Notes: generated by a model not told the origin, from the sequence alone. A stretch of DNA of 64,000 nt from Epithemia pelagica (GCA_946965045.2 OX337233.1:682001-746000); one strand, 5' to 3'. Positions 10,273 through 22,600 are shown, counted from the stretch's first letter. A program made the numbers and translations.

Positions 10273-11482
10273 ATGACAAAGGCAGCTCGGCTTCAAGAGA
10301 TCAAGGCCTTCCTTCATGGTCTTTCCCCGGAAGAGAAAGATGCGAGAAACAAAGGAACCTTCTTTTCCAACCTGGAGGAACTATGGGAACCAGTGGCAAC
10401 CGTCATTGACCGTCGTTGGTACCATGCCATGGTCCGGACTCGGAGTCAAGCACGGGCGTTGTGTGGACGATTCGAATTTCCACAACGACCCAATGGCTCC
10501 GACCGAGACGACATCCGATGCCACCAACACGACAAGTCAGTCCAACACGCGGTTTGATTTGTTTCGGAACTTTGGGGCGGAAACGGCACATTTACTGTCC
10601 AACGACGACAAGTTGAGTTCCAAAGCCTTTGGTTACATGGCAGGTGCAGCCACCGGAAAAGTAGACGGCACCAAGGAAACTCGATTAAAGCTCTTAAATG
10701 GTGTCAAACCTACCAGTTCCTCAAAAAAGATAAGTCACAGCGGCATTCAAAACCACAAGTACAACAAGTTCTACCTGTTTCGGCAGGGGACTCACTATGA
10801 CTCCCAACCGCCGTCCATGCTCACGATTCCCCTCCTCGACCTGGAAGATGTTTTGGGTTGGAATGGTACAGACGAATACGATGTCATGGCAATTACGTTC
10901 GGAGAGGATGCTCCTTTCTGCCAAATGCAAGTTTTGTCCACGGCCGATGCGATTTCCGGTAGCAATGGCCCAGTCCAGGCGCACGTTGAAAAAGGGCGGC
11001 ACCTGCTAGAGGCATTCATCAAGGGGCTCGCTTCCTCCAATTTGCAGCACCCAGTCGAGGAGAATTTTGGACCTGACGAGGGCCGAACCAATCCACCGTA
11101 TCAGCAATGGCTACGACTTTTGGCGGAAATCAGGAATTCCGAACGTCCGAAATCGATCCACGTGCCAGAGCCAAAAAAGGACGTGGATTGGAGCAAAATA
11201 AAGATTGCCATTGGAAGGGCCGACCTCACAAGCAGTCTGCCAGATCCTTTTTGTATGGCTGTCAAAGCAGCGATGAACTACCCGTCGTATCGTGGCATGG
11301 CCCTTCTTCCATCATGCCCGCCAGCAGCATCGGAAACCTCGTCGTCGAATGAGCAAGTCAACACTCTGCAGGGCCAGGACGACGACCGCATTGCTGGAAA
11401 CAGCGGACGTGATTTTTCGGCGGTAGCCAAATCGTTCCAAAATCCCAATCGCAGGCTTGTAGAACTGTTCAGCTCGGAATAA
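10273..11482 (+). CDS. Hypothetical protein, probably one gene with a frameshift near 10430
   Basis: 388-aa ORF 10316-11482 with globular-looking composition, plus an overlapping coding-like ORF starting at 10273. No motif recognised. Confidence 0.45.
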
Positions 11483-11716
11483 TGGACTGTCATGGCATTG
11501 CAGGTTGGACTCTGCAGAATCCTACGTAGTTTCCGTACTACAGTACCATTTTGGCCGAGTATGGTACCCCCGGAACCCCCAACACTCACGACCATCATTC
11601 GGAGAAACCCTATTTTCGAGTCTCGTCGCTTCTTCTTGAACGCATACAAGCTACTACGAGAAAGATCAAGAGGGTCGAAAAAGAAAGATGTGTGAAATAC
11701 AATGGCAGCGTCGCGC

Positions 11717-12439
11717 TTACCGGAACTGTGTCGAATCCATAGTCTGCAAGGGAATGAAGTATCGTTGGGGGCTTGTGGTGGAGGAGCGTTCCCCGACGGG
11801 GACAAGACGAATGCACTGTAGGTTGGTATTCCAAAATACTACTCGAGGGAAACGATGCGACCAAGAACCAGCGAGGTTGAACCGTAAATTTTGGTCGGAA
11901 ATTGGGGAAGAAACCAAATGCTGCTGCTGCTGCTGCGGTTGCGGCGAACGAGTTGTGATGGGGTTGGTGGCTGGGGGGGGAAGCGCACCCGTCGTCCTAG
12001 TGTCGTTGTGGTGTTTTGTGTCAGAATGGACGGCCCGAAGAAAAGGCAAACGATGATACGAGGACGAGGATGCGTCGTCCATCCTCCTTGCCGTGTTGGT
12101 TCTGGTCCAGTGGACGAGTCCGGTAGTATGGAGAAATTGGGATTCCCAAAACATGACAACAAAACGATTCTTCTGGGGATTCTCCAAGAAGAATCGTTTT
12201 GTTGTCATGTTTTGGGAATCCCAATTTCTCCATACTACCGGACTCGTCCACTGGACCAGAACCAACACGGCAATGGCCAGCCACGAGCCGCATGTCACGA
12301 CACGACGACAACGATGACGGCTGCTGCTCGAATACCAAAAGCACCACCCTTGTTGGTTCGGTTTCGTCGTCGTTTGGAGTGTCGTTCTGACAGTGCGCTG
12401 TTGTCCAACACCACCCAACGAGAAGGAATCAATCCACAA
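11717..12439 (-). CDS. Divergently oriented paralog of the sulfotransferase N-terminus, containing an in-frame inverted duplication
   Basis: PNQQGWCFWYSSSS...WLAIAVLVLVQWTSPVVWRN is nearly identical to the N-terminus of the 13249 gene. The 240-aa frame stays open across the palindrome. Confidence 0.5.
   Translation of the reverse strand: MWIDSFSLGGVGQQRTVRTTLQTTTKPNQQGWCFWYSSSSRHRCRRVVTCGSWLAIAVLVLVQWTSPVVWRNWDSQNMTTKRFFLENPQKNRFVVMFWESQFLHTTGLVHWTRTNTARRMDDASSSSYHRLPFLRAVHSDTKHHNDTRTTGALPPPATNPITTRSPQPQQQQQHLVSSPISDQNLRFNLAGSWSHRFPRVVFWNTNLQCIRLVPVGERSSTTSPQRYFIPLQTMDSTQFR
12088..12273. repeat. Perfect inverted repeat: 87-bp arms (12088-12174 and 12187-12273) with a 12-nt loop
   Basis: Arms read directly as exact reverse complements (TTGCCGTGTTGG...GATTCTTCT / AGAAGAATC...CCAACACGGCAA). 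Confidence 0.95.
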
Positions 12440-13019
12440 GTGATGCCTATAGAATTTTCAAGATCTCTACCGTTATTACGGTAGACCGAGGACCGAGTTT
12501 GAGCGACCAGGCCCAGCTCCATGTTGTCTTGACGAGGCCTTGTGTGTGTGAGAGAAGTCCAGTAGTGTAGAGCCTACGTAATTTTTCCTAATACATGACG
12601 TCACGTTTGGCATCAAGTTTGTCGCGGTGTATCGTGGCTCAATCTGTTTTGGGTCGTTACCATCGTCGTTTTTCCTACCCTCACAGATATCCATTCCATT
12701 TGTTCTATTTGAGTGATTGCTACGAGGGTAGGGAAAAACTCCCTGTCCTTCTGGCACAAAGCCTGATCGTAAAAGGTCCACGCTCTCAGAAGCGCAACAA
12801 AAGCGCAACGAGAGCGCAAGGAGCGCGCAACACCACCAATCGAGTGAACCGAGTCCCTCGCACTAGTGACTAACCTAGATCTACCGTTCTAATAGAAATG
12901 GAGAGATGAAAATCGTCCAGAAAAATCCGCCATGGTCCAATTAGTCTGATGGTAATGTTCATTTGCACCAGTGCAATGGTTGAAATTCCACGTGTAAAGC
13001 ACGGCGTTGGGACGTCTAT

Positions 13020-13095
13020 GACGTGCTTCCGAGTGGTAACGCGACCGAATTGGTCGCGGAAGCGCGCACGTCGGTCGACTCAATTTTCCAGTCCA
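13020..13095 (+). promoter_or_regulatory. Conserved ~77-bp palindromic module upstream of a gene (copy 2)
   Basis: Near-identical to 10117-10194; lies between the divergent 12439(-) and 13249(+) genes. Confidence 0.45.
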
Positions 13096-13248
13096 ACGGA
13101 CTCCTCACACGACGGTGGATGGATGGTTGGTTTCGTTCTTGTTGTGTGTGTTTCACAGAATCCAAGAAACGGGCCTCCTCCTCCTCTTTCTTTTGGTGTG
13201 GTTGTTCCGTCGGAAACACGCCGTTCCTTGTCTCGCTTTGGAAGGATC

Positions 13249-14811
13249 ATGACACTCCAAAAAACGACCCAACCGAACCAACAAGGGTGGTGCTTTTGGT
13301 ATTCGAGCAGCAGCCGTCGTCATTGTCGTCGTGTCGTGACGTGCGGCTCGTGGCTGGCCATTGCCGTGTTGGTTCTGGTGCAGTGGACGAGTCCGGTAGT
13401 CTGGAGAAATGGGACTCCATCCAACAACAACCACCACAACACTGCAAGACTCTTGCCAGTGGCACCCTCATTCTCCACCCGCGTCTGGATTCCACCAAAC
13501 GACACGGTCCCGACATCCTCCTCCTCCTCCTCGAACAAGCACAACCACAAGCACAATCACACAACTGGAGGGGTGGTCCGTCACGGCCGCTGGAGCGACC
13601 CCCGGATTCCACCTCCGATCCCCGATCCGCAACGCTGGGGACCTCATGCCGAACAACTCGACTGTCTGGTCGACGACGACGACGCGTCACGGAGGACCAA
13701 TGCATCTCAATCACTACCGGTACAAGTGCCCCACGCCATTTTGCTGGGCGTCATGAAGGGGGGAACCCAAGCGCTGACCATGTACTTGTCGGAACACGCT
13801 CACGTCGCCACGGCCCGTGGCTTTGTCGAACCCCATTACTTTGATCGACGCTTGATTCAAACGGCGCAGGGCATTCCCCAAGGCCTCAATCGACACGTGT
13901 ATCAACGACAGTTGGAACAACGCTATCATGATAGTTTCTCCAACAACAAGAATCGCCACAACAAAATTGTCATTGACGATACTCCCTACTTGTTGGCCGG
14001 GGGTGATCGCATGGCGCGGGCCATTTTGTGCATTGCACCCTGGACGAAATGGATCGTCTTGTTGCGGAACCCCATGGACCGCATCGAATCGCAATATCGC
14101 TATTACATTCAAGGACAATACAATCAACGACAACGACAACACAAACGACAACAGCAACGAGAACAACGAGAACGGCAAGAACAAGGTCGTTCCGAGACTC
14201 GTTCTACCCATTACAACACTACGACATGGACCCAAGCCGTGTCCCAAGCTGGAACAACCACAACCACAAAAGCAGCAATGTCACAGGACTTTGTCGATTG
14301 GGAAACGTGGATTCAAGCCGATTTGCAACTCTTGTACGAAACGGGTGTCTTGCGACATTCGTGGACGAACCAAGCCGAATTTGACGCCTTTGCGGGATCG
14401 GACGCAGAACGCAAGGCCTGGCGCCGGTACATTTTGCATCCCCGAGGGTGTCAATTGATTGTGGGCAAGTCCCTCTATGCCATTCAGTTGGATCTGTATT
14501 GGGCCGCCATGGATCAGGCCGGCAAACCGCGCTCCGACTTGTTGATTTTACAATCCGAAACCCTCAAAACCAATACACAAGCCGTCTACCATCAAGTCTT
14601 GGAGCATTTGCACTTGGCGCCGCATACCCTCCACAATCCCCAACCGCGCCATGTCACGCGATCGCCCGTATTCATACCACCCATGCCACGAGCGTTGCGA
14701 CACAAACTCGAGGCCATTCTCCAACCCTACCAGGATCGATTGCTTCGACAGCTAGGGTGGAATGCCACTGTGTGGACGACAACGACGAACACAACAACAA
14801 CAACTTCATGA
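13249..14811 (+). CDS. Type II membrane (Golgi-type) PAPS-dependent sulfotransferase, heparan-sulfate 3-O/N-sulfotransferase-like
   Basis: 5'-PSB loop ILLGVMKGGTQAL, EPHYFD, 3'-PB motif VLLRNPMDRIESQY, and an N-terminal hydrophobic anchor WLAIAVLVLVQW. Confidence 0.88.
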   Translation: MTLQKTTQPNQQGWCFWYSSSSRRHCRRVVTCGSWLAIAVLVLVQWTSPVVWRNGTPSNNNHHNTARLLPVAPSFSTRVWIPPNDTVPTSSSSSSNKHNHKHNHTTGGVVRHGRWSDPRIPPPIPDPQRWGPHAEQLDCLVDDDDASRRTNASQSLPVQVPHAILLGVMKGGTQALTMYLSEHAHVATARGFVEPHYFDRRLIQTAQGIPQGLNRHVYQRQLEQRYHDSFSNNKNRHNKIVIDDTPYLLAGGDRMARAILCIAPWTKWIVLLRNPMDRIESQYRYYIQGQYNQRQRQHKRQQQREQRERQEQGRSETRSTHYNTTTWTQAVSQAGTTTTTKAAMSQDFVDWETWIQADLQLLYETGVLRHSWTNQAEFDAFAGSDAERKAWRRYILHPRGCQLIVGKSLYAIQLDLYWAAMDQAGKPRSDLLILQSETLKTNTQAVYHQVLEHLHLAPHTLHNPQPRHVTRSPVFIPPMPRALRHKLEAILQPYQDRLLRQLGWNATVWTTTTNTTTTTS

Positions 14812-15055
14812 ATGGACCAAAAGGAGAAACAACCACATATTCGAACGACGAGGCAAAAACACGCGCAAACGAGTCTTTTGGTGGTCAACCGAAAGCTATG
14901 TAACATTTTACAATACTAGTAGTCTTGTGGAAGAAACAGATTCTCGACAGTTCCAAACATTGCCCAAAAAATAAAAAGTTCTCCGTTGCATGGCTCTCTG
15001 GTGTCCGACAAGTTGACTTCTTTCGTGCCACATTGTGGTGTTCCTTTTGGAGAGC

Positions 15056-16357
15056 TTAGAGAATGCTACGGCGACGCCGTTGTGTTCGATCGACGCGTCG
15101 TTTCGTCAATGGGTCTTCTTCGCGTTTGTCGAGAACGAATCCACGAAACCCCGGTTTTTTCTTGTTCTTGTTGTTGGTGGTGGTGAGGTTATCTTTGGAC
15201 AGGCTCTGGGTAAATCGTTGGTTCACTTTGTCGTGTTCCTGTTTCGCACGTTGCTGCTTCTGTTCGGTTTCAAGCCGTTGCACTTGTTGACGAAGGTGTT
15301 CCACTTGTTTTTCGTGTTGCGATTCGAGTCGTTGGCGTTCCTGTTCCCATTCGGTTCGTTCCGCGTCCCATTTCGTTTGTCGACGGTCCCATTCCAATTG
15401 GTGTTGTTGTTCCTGTTCCTCCCAAATCAAGGACAAGTTATACAATTGCAGTTCCCGGTACAATTCGGAGGTGGAGTACTGCAGGTTGGTGGAAAAACAG
15501 GCGTGTCCACGAGTCTCGTACAATGCCTTGGCCGACAGCGAGACCAGACAGGTCGTCGTCGTGCATTCTCCATCTTCCTCGTTGTCGTCGTCCTGGTTGC
15601 TCGTGGCTGGGACCAGTCCACAGTCTTCCCATTCGGGATCCTGGACGGCATGGGCAATACAAGTCAAGCTTTCGACGACTCCCTCCAGTAATTGGTCCAG
15701 TTCGGAATCGTTGAGAATGGTTTCGAGCGGCGAACCATTGGATTCCAAGACTCGTTTCATCAGTTTCATCATCATCATGACTGTACTGCTATCCTCCTCG
15801 CCGTCGTCCTGCTCCATGTCGTCCTCACCATCCTCCGCCTTTTCGGGACAACTATCGGCAATGCGTTGTGTCAAGGCCGATACCAACTGTCGTTTCAGAT
15901 CCAGGGTGGCATTCAATCGTGCTTCCAATCCATTCCTGCGGTCGTCCAATGGTCCAGCAGTTTCCAACACTGGTCACAGTGGAAGATTGGTACAGTGTCC
16001 CACCGCCAAGGCGGCGGGTAAAATGTGCAACCCAAACACCATGGCCGGACCCAACGTTTCGATCCAATCCTCGTCGTCGGATGATAGTTCCAGTTTGTGA
16101 TTTGACAGGGGCGTTCCTTCGTGGTCCACAGCCACGGTGAGTGTGACGGGACAAAGGAAATAAATGTGAACCGTTCCGGGGGAAGAAGAATGGCACAGTC
16201 CATCCCACCAACTCGCCCCAGTATTACTTGTCGTACCCAGTGACTGCGGCACAAAGATGCAATAGTACGGTAGTGCTCCCGTAAAGGGAACCATGGTTTG
16301 AAACATTTTGGAATGAAACAAGAGCTGGTGAGACAAAAACTCGAGGGTCGTGTCCAT
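15056..16357 (-). CDS. Hypothetical coiled-coil protein interrupted by one in-frame TGA at 15974-15976
   Basis: ORFs 15974-16903 and 15056-15970 are in the same frame. Glu/Gln-rich heptad C-terminus. Gene boundaries uncertain. Confidence 0.35.
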
Positions 16358-16499
16358 GGCTGCGGCACACATTTGGTACGACGACGTGTTTTTCGAGTGC
16401 TGTGTGGTGCACTCTTGTCGTTGGCTGTCCTTGTGGGTGTCCTTGTCGCATGCGTCTCCTTCATGTTGTTGTTGTTGCTGCTGTTGGTTTTGGGTGACA

Positions 16500-19245
16500 T
16501 GCTTTATGGCATCACTGTCATTTGTACTAGTGGTCCCTGTTGCCGTTGGGCGAATGGCTTTTTCCATGGCATGCTTCAAGGATGGCGGTGCGACCTGTAG
16601 AGCCGTTTTTCCTTGATTATTTTGAGCATGGACCAAGGTATGGATCATTGGAGACTCCAATCTCATTGTGTTGTTGTCTTTGCGTTTGGCTTTGTCGTTG
16701 CTGGGACAAAACCAGGCCACCACACGTTGCACCAGTTTGTGCCGTACCGTGTCACGGACCGCTGCCGCGGTATCTTCTTCTTGTGGTTCCTGCAATTGCT
16801 GGACAAAGTGAACCCAGGCATGTTGTTGAGCTACGGCTTGGTTCGGCTGGGCCATGGAGACCAGAAGCGTGTCCAGATATCCATGGGCCAATTGACCCAA
16901 CACTTGTTGTCGTTGTTGTTGCTGGGATGTGGTCGTTCGTTTTGTTCTTGTTGTTGTCGACGCGGTACTGCTGCTGCCAGTCGAACCAACGTTGGTGGGC
17001 GTCGATTCCGTGCTGGTTCGGTTCTGGTTGTGGTTGTCCTTGCTGCTCCTTGTACTGGTTTTGACACGACTTTGGTTCTTGTTGTTGTTGTTCTTCTTGC
17101 TAGGTCGTGCGTCGTCTCGTTTGGGCAGCTTTTTCTGTGGTCCCGTGTCTCGTTTGGGTTGCTTAATATTCTTTGGTTGTACAGTCCTCTTGGTGGTCGT
17201 GTTGTCGTCGTCGGACGCGACGGCGGCTGCTGCTGGTCCTTGTCGTCGTCGTCATGGTTGTTGTCGTGGGGCACGACGGGATGGTAGTGGTACAACCATT
17301 GCAGCAAGTCCCACCAATACGACAATGATGACGACGACGACCGGGGATCCCGGGAGGATGCGGCGGCTGTTATTGTTGCTGTGGATGATGATGATGGTGG
17401 TGGTTGTTGATGCACGTATTGTTCCAAAACGAGATCCAAGGGCAATTGTCCATGAGCATCCTGCATACTCATGGCCGTGGTCTTCCTGCCACCACCATCA
17501 CGAGTCGTCGTCGGTGACTCGTCGTCCGCTCCGGCCAAACGTTGGATCCACTCCATGCGTGTCGTCGTGTCGTCGGTTCCCACTTCCATCCTGCTGCTCC
17601 ACCACAAGGCCGGATTGATGCAGGCATAATGCAAGGGAGTACGACCCCACACATCGGGGTGGGTGGTCCAGTCGTCCTTACTACGGGTGGTGGACCAGCC
17701 GCCGCACGCATGGGTTTGGGGGGATGCGCCCTGCAAGGCCCGAAAATGCAGGGGATTGCGTCCCGTGACGGGATCAATGGGCCACTGGTTGTTGTTGTCG
17801 TCCTTGTCATTCTTGTTGTCACGCTTACTACTACTACCATTCGGATTCCAGGGACACGTCCAGTGAGATTGCTGCTGCACGACAGAGTCCACGAGTTGTT
17901 GGTCGGAGGGTGGCCACCGTTCGGGACGAATTGTTGTTGTTGTGGTGGTGGTGGTGGTTTGGTGGACGAAGCGTTGATACAAAAAGTGCAAGGCCGTACA
18001 CTGATCCAAGACGTGGTGGCCTTCGAGTGTGACAACCGTGTTGTTGGTGGATAGAGTCAATAAGGACAGGGAATGACAGCCTTGCAAGGCTTGGGAGTGC
18101 AACGTCACTGATGTGGTGTTGGCTGCTGTTGGTCCATGGTCGGGTAGGACCAAGGACAAGAGGGAGGCACATCCGGCAAAGGCGGATGGACCAATCACAA
18201 ACGACGACGACGAGGATGGTGCAGTGTTGTGATTGTTGTTGGTGTTAGTGGTAGTAGTGGTCGTCGATTTTTGGGACGACGACGACAGGTCGATCGTGAG
18301 CAAGGCGCGACACTGGGCAAAGGTGGAGGCTGGAATGCCCCCCGTACGACAACACGACGGCCACCCGCGCACATGGACCAATCGCGTACACCCTTGAAAG
18401 AGGCCCGGTCCCACTTCCATCTCGGGCGGTGGTACAGTGGTGGCCGTCGCAAACGAGACGCCGGACAAGCGAGTACAGTGCGCCAAGGCCCGCGCTCCCA
18501 GGCGTGTCACGGTTGGTGGTAGAATCAAGGGACCCGTGCAGGCGGTACAATGCACAAAACATTCCTCGCCAATCTCGGTCAAATTGGGTGGCAATGTAAC
18601 GTTCACGAGGACGGTACAATGCGACAAGGCGTGCGACGGCAATTTGGTAATGGTACTAGTACTCTCGGACAGATCGACCCGCGTCAAGGTACTCTTGTGG
18701 TCCATGGACGACCGAGACGACCAGAAATCCTCCATGGAACAATAAGGAGGATTGGTGGAGGATCCAGTTTCGGAACCAAACGGAGGAGGATCATTGTGGG
18801 TGGAAGTGTTCTTGTCGTTGTGCTCTTGTTGTTGTTCATGTGGTTGTGGATCTGCTTGCAATGGTTGGTTCGTGGTGGTCGTAGTGGCGCCTGTCGTTGT
18901 TGCTTTGGCAGCACTGGGTAAGCATGACTCTTCCACTTACAACGATTCGGCCGACGACGAGGGAGGAACCAAGACCAAGGGTCGTGGAGCAATCAGACCG
19001 GCCAAGGCCGTTCGACGAGAGGGTTGTCGTCGGCGTTGTTGTTGTCGTGGTTGATTGGCAAACGTGGTGCTCATGACTGTCTTGCGGTGGTCCTTGTCGG
19101 CTGGAGTGTTTGCGGCTGGATTGTTTCTGGAAACTGTCTTGAGGTGGTCGTCTTGTCTTGATGAGGTCTTTGTCGTCTTAACTTTTGTTCCGTTTGTCGT
19201 ACCACTTGGTTGGGTGTTTCGAGATGCCGGAGACAATTGACGCAT
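16500..19245 (-). CDS. BspA-type leucine-rich-repeat (LRR_5) protein with ankyrin-like repeats; frameshifted near 16900
   Basis: Repeats such as LPPNLTEIGEECFVHC, LPPTVTRLGARALAHC and IGPSAFAGCASLLSLVLP. Ankyrin-like GRNPLH, GRTPLHYAC, GQLPLDL and NQGKTALQVA. Exact 5' exon structure unresolved. Confidence 0.72.
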
Positions 19246-19741
19246 ACATTGTGGAGAGTGGTTGGATCATGTGGATGGGCCACACAATCCACACAACGAG
19301 GATGACGACGACGACGACGACGACGAGCAGTGTCGTTCTTTGCTGTGCAACGATTCGTTCTCCGTGCGGCTTTCTGGAATGTGTGTACGAAGATTTTGTG
19401 AGGAAACCGAGAACCCCTTCGTTTCGGAGCGCGCGCGCCCGACCGAGAACCCCGAATGTCGTGGTCCCACAACCACAAGCGGGGCGAGTAGGAGTCCCGC
19501 GTGATCGAGCGCAATCTCGTTTCGTGGACCTCCGACTCCGACATGTCATCCAGTCCATTCTTCTCATCGCAAAAGTCTCATTCCTTGTGTGCTCTTACGA
19601 ATTGCATTCCATCGACTTATCAGTAGAGAGACGTACAAACCAACAACGGCCCGAGAGCCCGAGACTCGCACACGTTTTGTCCTAGGAAGAAAGCACAAAA
19701 GGTCATTGCACACAACAAACGCAAACAGACATCAAGAGATC

Positions 19742-21772
19742 ATGGCGGATCAGCAAGAGTCACCATTGGAAGCACGGCTTGAGAAGGCTCGCAACGACGA
19801 GTTGAGTCTAGAAGCACTCTCCGAGCTTTCCGATGCATTGGCAGATGCCGGTCGCTTTCGTGAGGCCTATGAAGTTTTGCAAAAGGAATTAGCTGCGTTG
19901 GAACAAGAAAGAGCTGCGTTGGAGCAACGGGCAGCTGCGGCGAAGCAAGAAAGAGCTGCGTTGGAGCAACGGGCAGCTGCGGCGAAGCAAGAGAGAGCTG
20001 CGTTGGAGCAAGAGAGAGCTGCGGCAAAAGCGTGGCTCCATGAACGCCGATTTGGCTTCCAAAAGGCCATTCAACATGTGTATTTTCGCAACCATGACGC
20101 AGCATTGCCAGAGTTGGCGTTGAACAGCAGCGTGGAACCAAGCATGGGACGTTTCAACGGGAGGAACATGAATCCGCAGAAGGCGTCCTACCTCGCTCAC
20201 ACCTTTTCCGTTAGTAATCTGTGGAACGACGACGACATGGTGGTACCCACGTACTTTATCCCCGCGCCTGGTGAAGACCGTGCCCTCATTTTTAGCGGTT
20301 TCAGTCCCCAACACTTTCCACTCAAGTATCACAATGAACTCGAAATTCTGGTTCATGTTCGTTTGCTCGTCGAGGATGCCATTGTCTGTATCGGCTGTCG
20401 GACACTACTCGATTTGTACATGGAGAGTTCCTTTTATGGTATGTCACCAGACATGGTCTTCCTCCGCCATGAGCGCACCCGTCAAATCGTCTTTGTGATT
20501 CAAGTCAAGTCTCCCAATCGACCGGGAACCGACGACAATGTGTTGGAAGATCTAGTGGTGGGCGGGCAACTCTGGTTGTATTTAATGTCCATGAAGCAAT
20601 CGGGTAACCCAAAACCAATGGGGGCCATTTGTACTTTTAATGCGCTACGACTGGTCTCCTTGGACTCCTTTGAGACGCACATGTTTGAAGATGCGAAACA
20701 AAAACTCAACACTACGACGGTAGATATATGGCCAGAGGAACAACCTGACATCAAGAAACAGGCATCAAGTCCGGATTCGAAGAAGCAGAGTGCATCGGAG
20801 AAAAGCAAAAAGTTGAGTGTCAATGATCCCCCTGATTCGTTTGACACACAAGTTTGCGATGGAGTAGAAGTCAATGTCTTTCGTCCTTTGTTGTATGGGA
20901 GCGAGGCTGTACAGGGCGGCAATGTGTTCCGCATGCTGTTGGTAGCATTGACGACAGCAATGTTGGAAAACGACCACCTAGACGCTTCTTGTGAAATGAT
21001 GACGGAGGTCCAGAAAGGCAATGACATTGGAAGCCGTCTCTTTGCCTTTGCCAAGCCAGGCATGCTAGGGTTTGCCAGGACACCCCCAAAACTTGTCGTG
21101 CAAGCAGAACATCCTCACACAGCGGAAAACTTTTTCATACTCGATATCTTTGGTCCAGAAACGCAAGGTGAAGTGCGATTGATTGTGAGCACGGCAGGAA
21201 TGCCTGCGGCCGTCAAGTTTTATCGCTTCAAGCCATCACGTTTGGCGACCCCCGATGAGCGAAAACAGGACAATGAAAGCCGATTCGAAGAGGTGGAGAA
21301 GGCTCGGGACAAGGAGTGGGACTTGTGGCAAATCTTGTATCACGATCGAGGGGCTCGAAAAATTACACTGGGAGGGTTTCCATGTTTGCTCATGCCCTAT
21401 GGAACTCAGATCCCCATGCAAGACCGAAGCGCATCCCTGAGCTATATCGAAAGCGAACTTGTCAGGTTATGCCAGAAAGGGTTTGCCTACCCAGAAACGG
21501 ACTTGGATTGGCACCATGTGTTCAAGGATATGCATGGAACGCTCTTTCTATCGAACCTAGGTTCTCTGGAACGAATACCAGATGAAGAGGACTGCTCGGA
21601 CACTGTGCAACAACAATTGCAACGCCTAAAGGTGGATGCAACGCCGGCGGATGCGGTAGCATCGTCCATTGAAACTGTTGCAGGGAGCAGTCCAACCAAG
21701 CGAAGCGCTCCCGGAGGTGAATCGACGCCTACACAGCGACTGAAATCCAATGAAACGACACAGATCTCGTAG
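19742..21772 (+). CDS. CR-effector-like protein, copy 1: coiled-coil header + PD-(D/E)xK REase-like domain + kinase-like domain, degenerate active sites
   Basis: SPDMVFL...FVIQVKSP (E to Q), AAVKFY, ETDLDWHHV, LSNLGS (DFG Asp to Asn). Confidence 0.75.
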   Translation: MADQQESPLEARLEKARNDELSLEALSELSDALADAGRFREAYEVLQKELAALEQERAALEQRAAAAKQERAALEQRAAAAKQERAALEQERAAAKAWLHERRFGFQKAIQHVYFRNHDAALPELALNSSVEPSMGRFNGRNMNPQKASYLAHTFSVSNLWNDDDMVVPTYFIPAPGEDRALIFSGFSPQHFPLKYHNELEILVHVRLLVEDAIVCIGCRTLLDLYMESSFYGMSPDMVFLRHERTRQIVFVIQVKSPNRPGTDDNVLEDLVVGGQLWLYLMSMKQSGNPKPMGAICTFNALRLVSLDSFETHMFEDAKQKLNTTTVDIWPEEQPDIKKQASSPDSKKQSASEKSKKLSVNDPPDSFDTQVCDGVEVNVFRPLLYGSEAVQGGNVFRMLLVALTTAMLENDHLDASCEMMTEVQKGNDIGSRLFAFAKPGMLGFARTPPKLVVQAEHPHTAENFFILDIFGPETQGEVRLIVSTAGMPAAVKFYRFKPSRLATPDERKQDNESRFEEVEKARDKEWDLWQILYHDRGARKITLGGFPCLLMPYGTQIPMQDRSASLSYIESELVRLCQKGFAYPETDLDWHHVFKDMHGTLFLSNLGSLERIPDEEDCSDTVQQQLQRLKVDATPADAVASSIETVAGSSPTKRSAPGGESTPTQRLKSNETTQIS

Positions 21773-22169
21773 GAGAATGGGACACACAGACCAAGCAGGA
21801 AAATGTGTTTTTGTCCCATTCTCCTGCTAAATCTGTGTCGTTTCATTGGATTTGGTTCGTTCTATGTTTAGAATACCGCCATCACTGGATGCAGCAACGA
21901 GTTTCCAATGTTCTTTCCTGCCGGGATATATACCGACTTTCATTTCTAGGAAGTTTCCGTCACTCTTCTTATAGCTCATTTCTTCAGCAAATGTCGTAGG
22001 TAGAAAAGGTTCATTCTAGTACAGTGAACTTGGGCGTTCCGTCACCACGGCAAATGTCACAAAAGACCGGTCTACGCTTTGGTGCCGCCAATAGTAAACA
22101 CTATGCCTGCTTTAGTTCCTGGATGTAGAAAAGTGGTACGATAATGACAGGTAGCATTGCCATCATCGT

Positions 22170-22600
22170 CCAGAGAAAATGTTTCTGGGGACAGTCCAAC
22201 CAAGCGAAGTGCTACCGGAGGTGAATCGACGCCAACACAGCGACTGAAATCCAATCAAACAACACAGGCTTTGTAGGAGAATGGGACGCACAGACTTAGC
22301 GGCAGATTGTGTTTGTTCCATTCTCCTGCTAAATCTCTGTCGTTTCATTCGATTTGGTCGGCTCACTGTTTACATCATCACCGTCACTTGATGCAACAAC
22401 GAGTTTCCAATGTTCGTTCCTTCCTGGATAGATACCGACTTTCATGGGTTCTATTTGTTGCTAGGAAGTTTCCGTCACTCTACTTGTAACTTATTTCTTC
22501 AGCAAATGTAGTAGGTACAAAAGGTTCATTCTAGTACAATCAACTTGGGCGTTCCGTCACCACTGCAAATGTACAAAAGCCCGGTCTACGCTTTGCCGAA
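22170..22600 (+). repeat. Tandem re-duplication of the 3' end and 3' flank of kinase copy 1
   Basis: CAGTCCAACCAAGCGAAG...GGAGGTGAATCGACGCC and the downstream flank (21690-22080) recur here; a further degenerate copy lies near 22670-22840. Confidence 0.75.

Noticed and set aside
15035-18054. Many plus-strand ORFs rich in V/L/C
   Set aside because: Reverse-complement readings of (ACA/CAA)n-rich minus-strand genes.
18913-18939. Possible 27-nt intron (GTAAGT...CCCAG) that would join ORF 18937-19245 to the LRR ORF in frame
   Set aside because: Much shorter than the other introns here; cannot be supported without transcripts.
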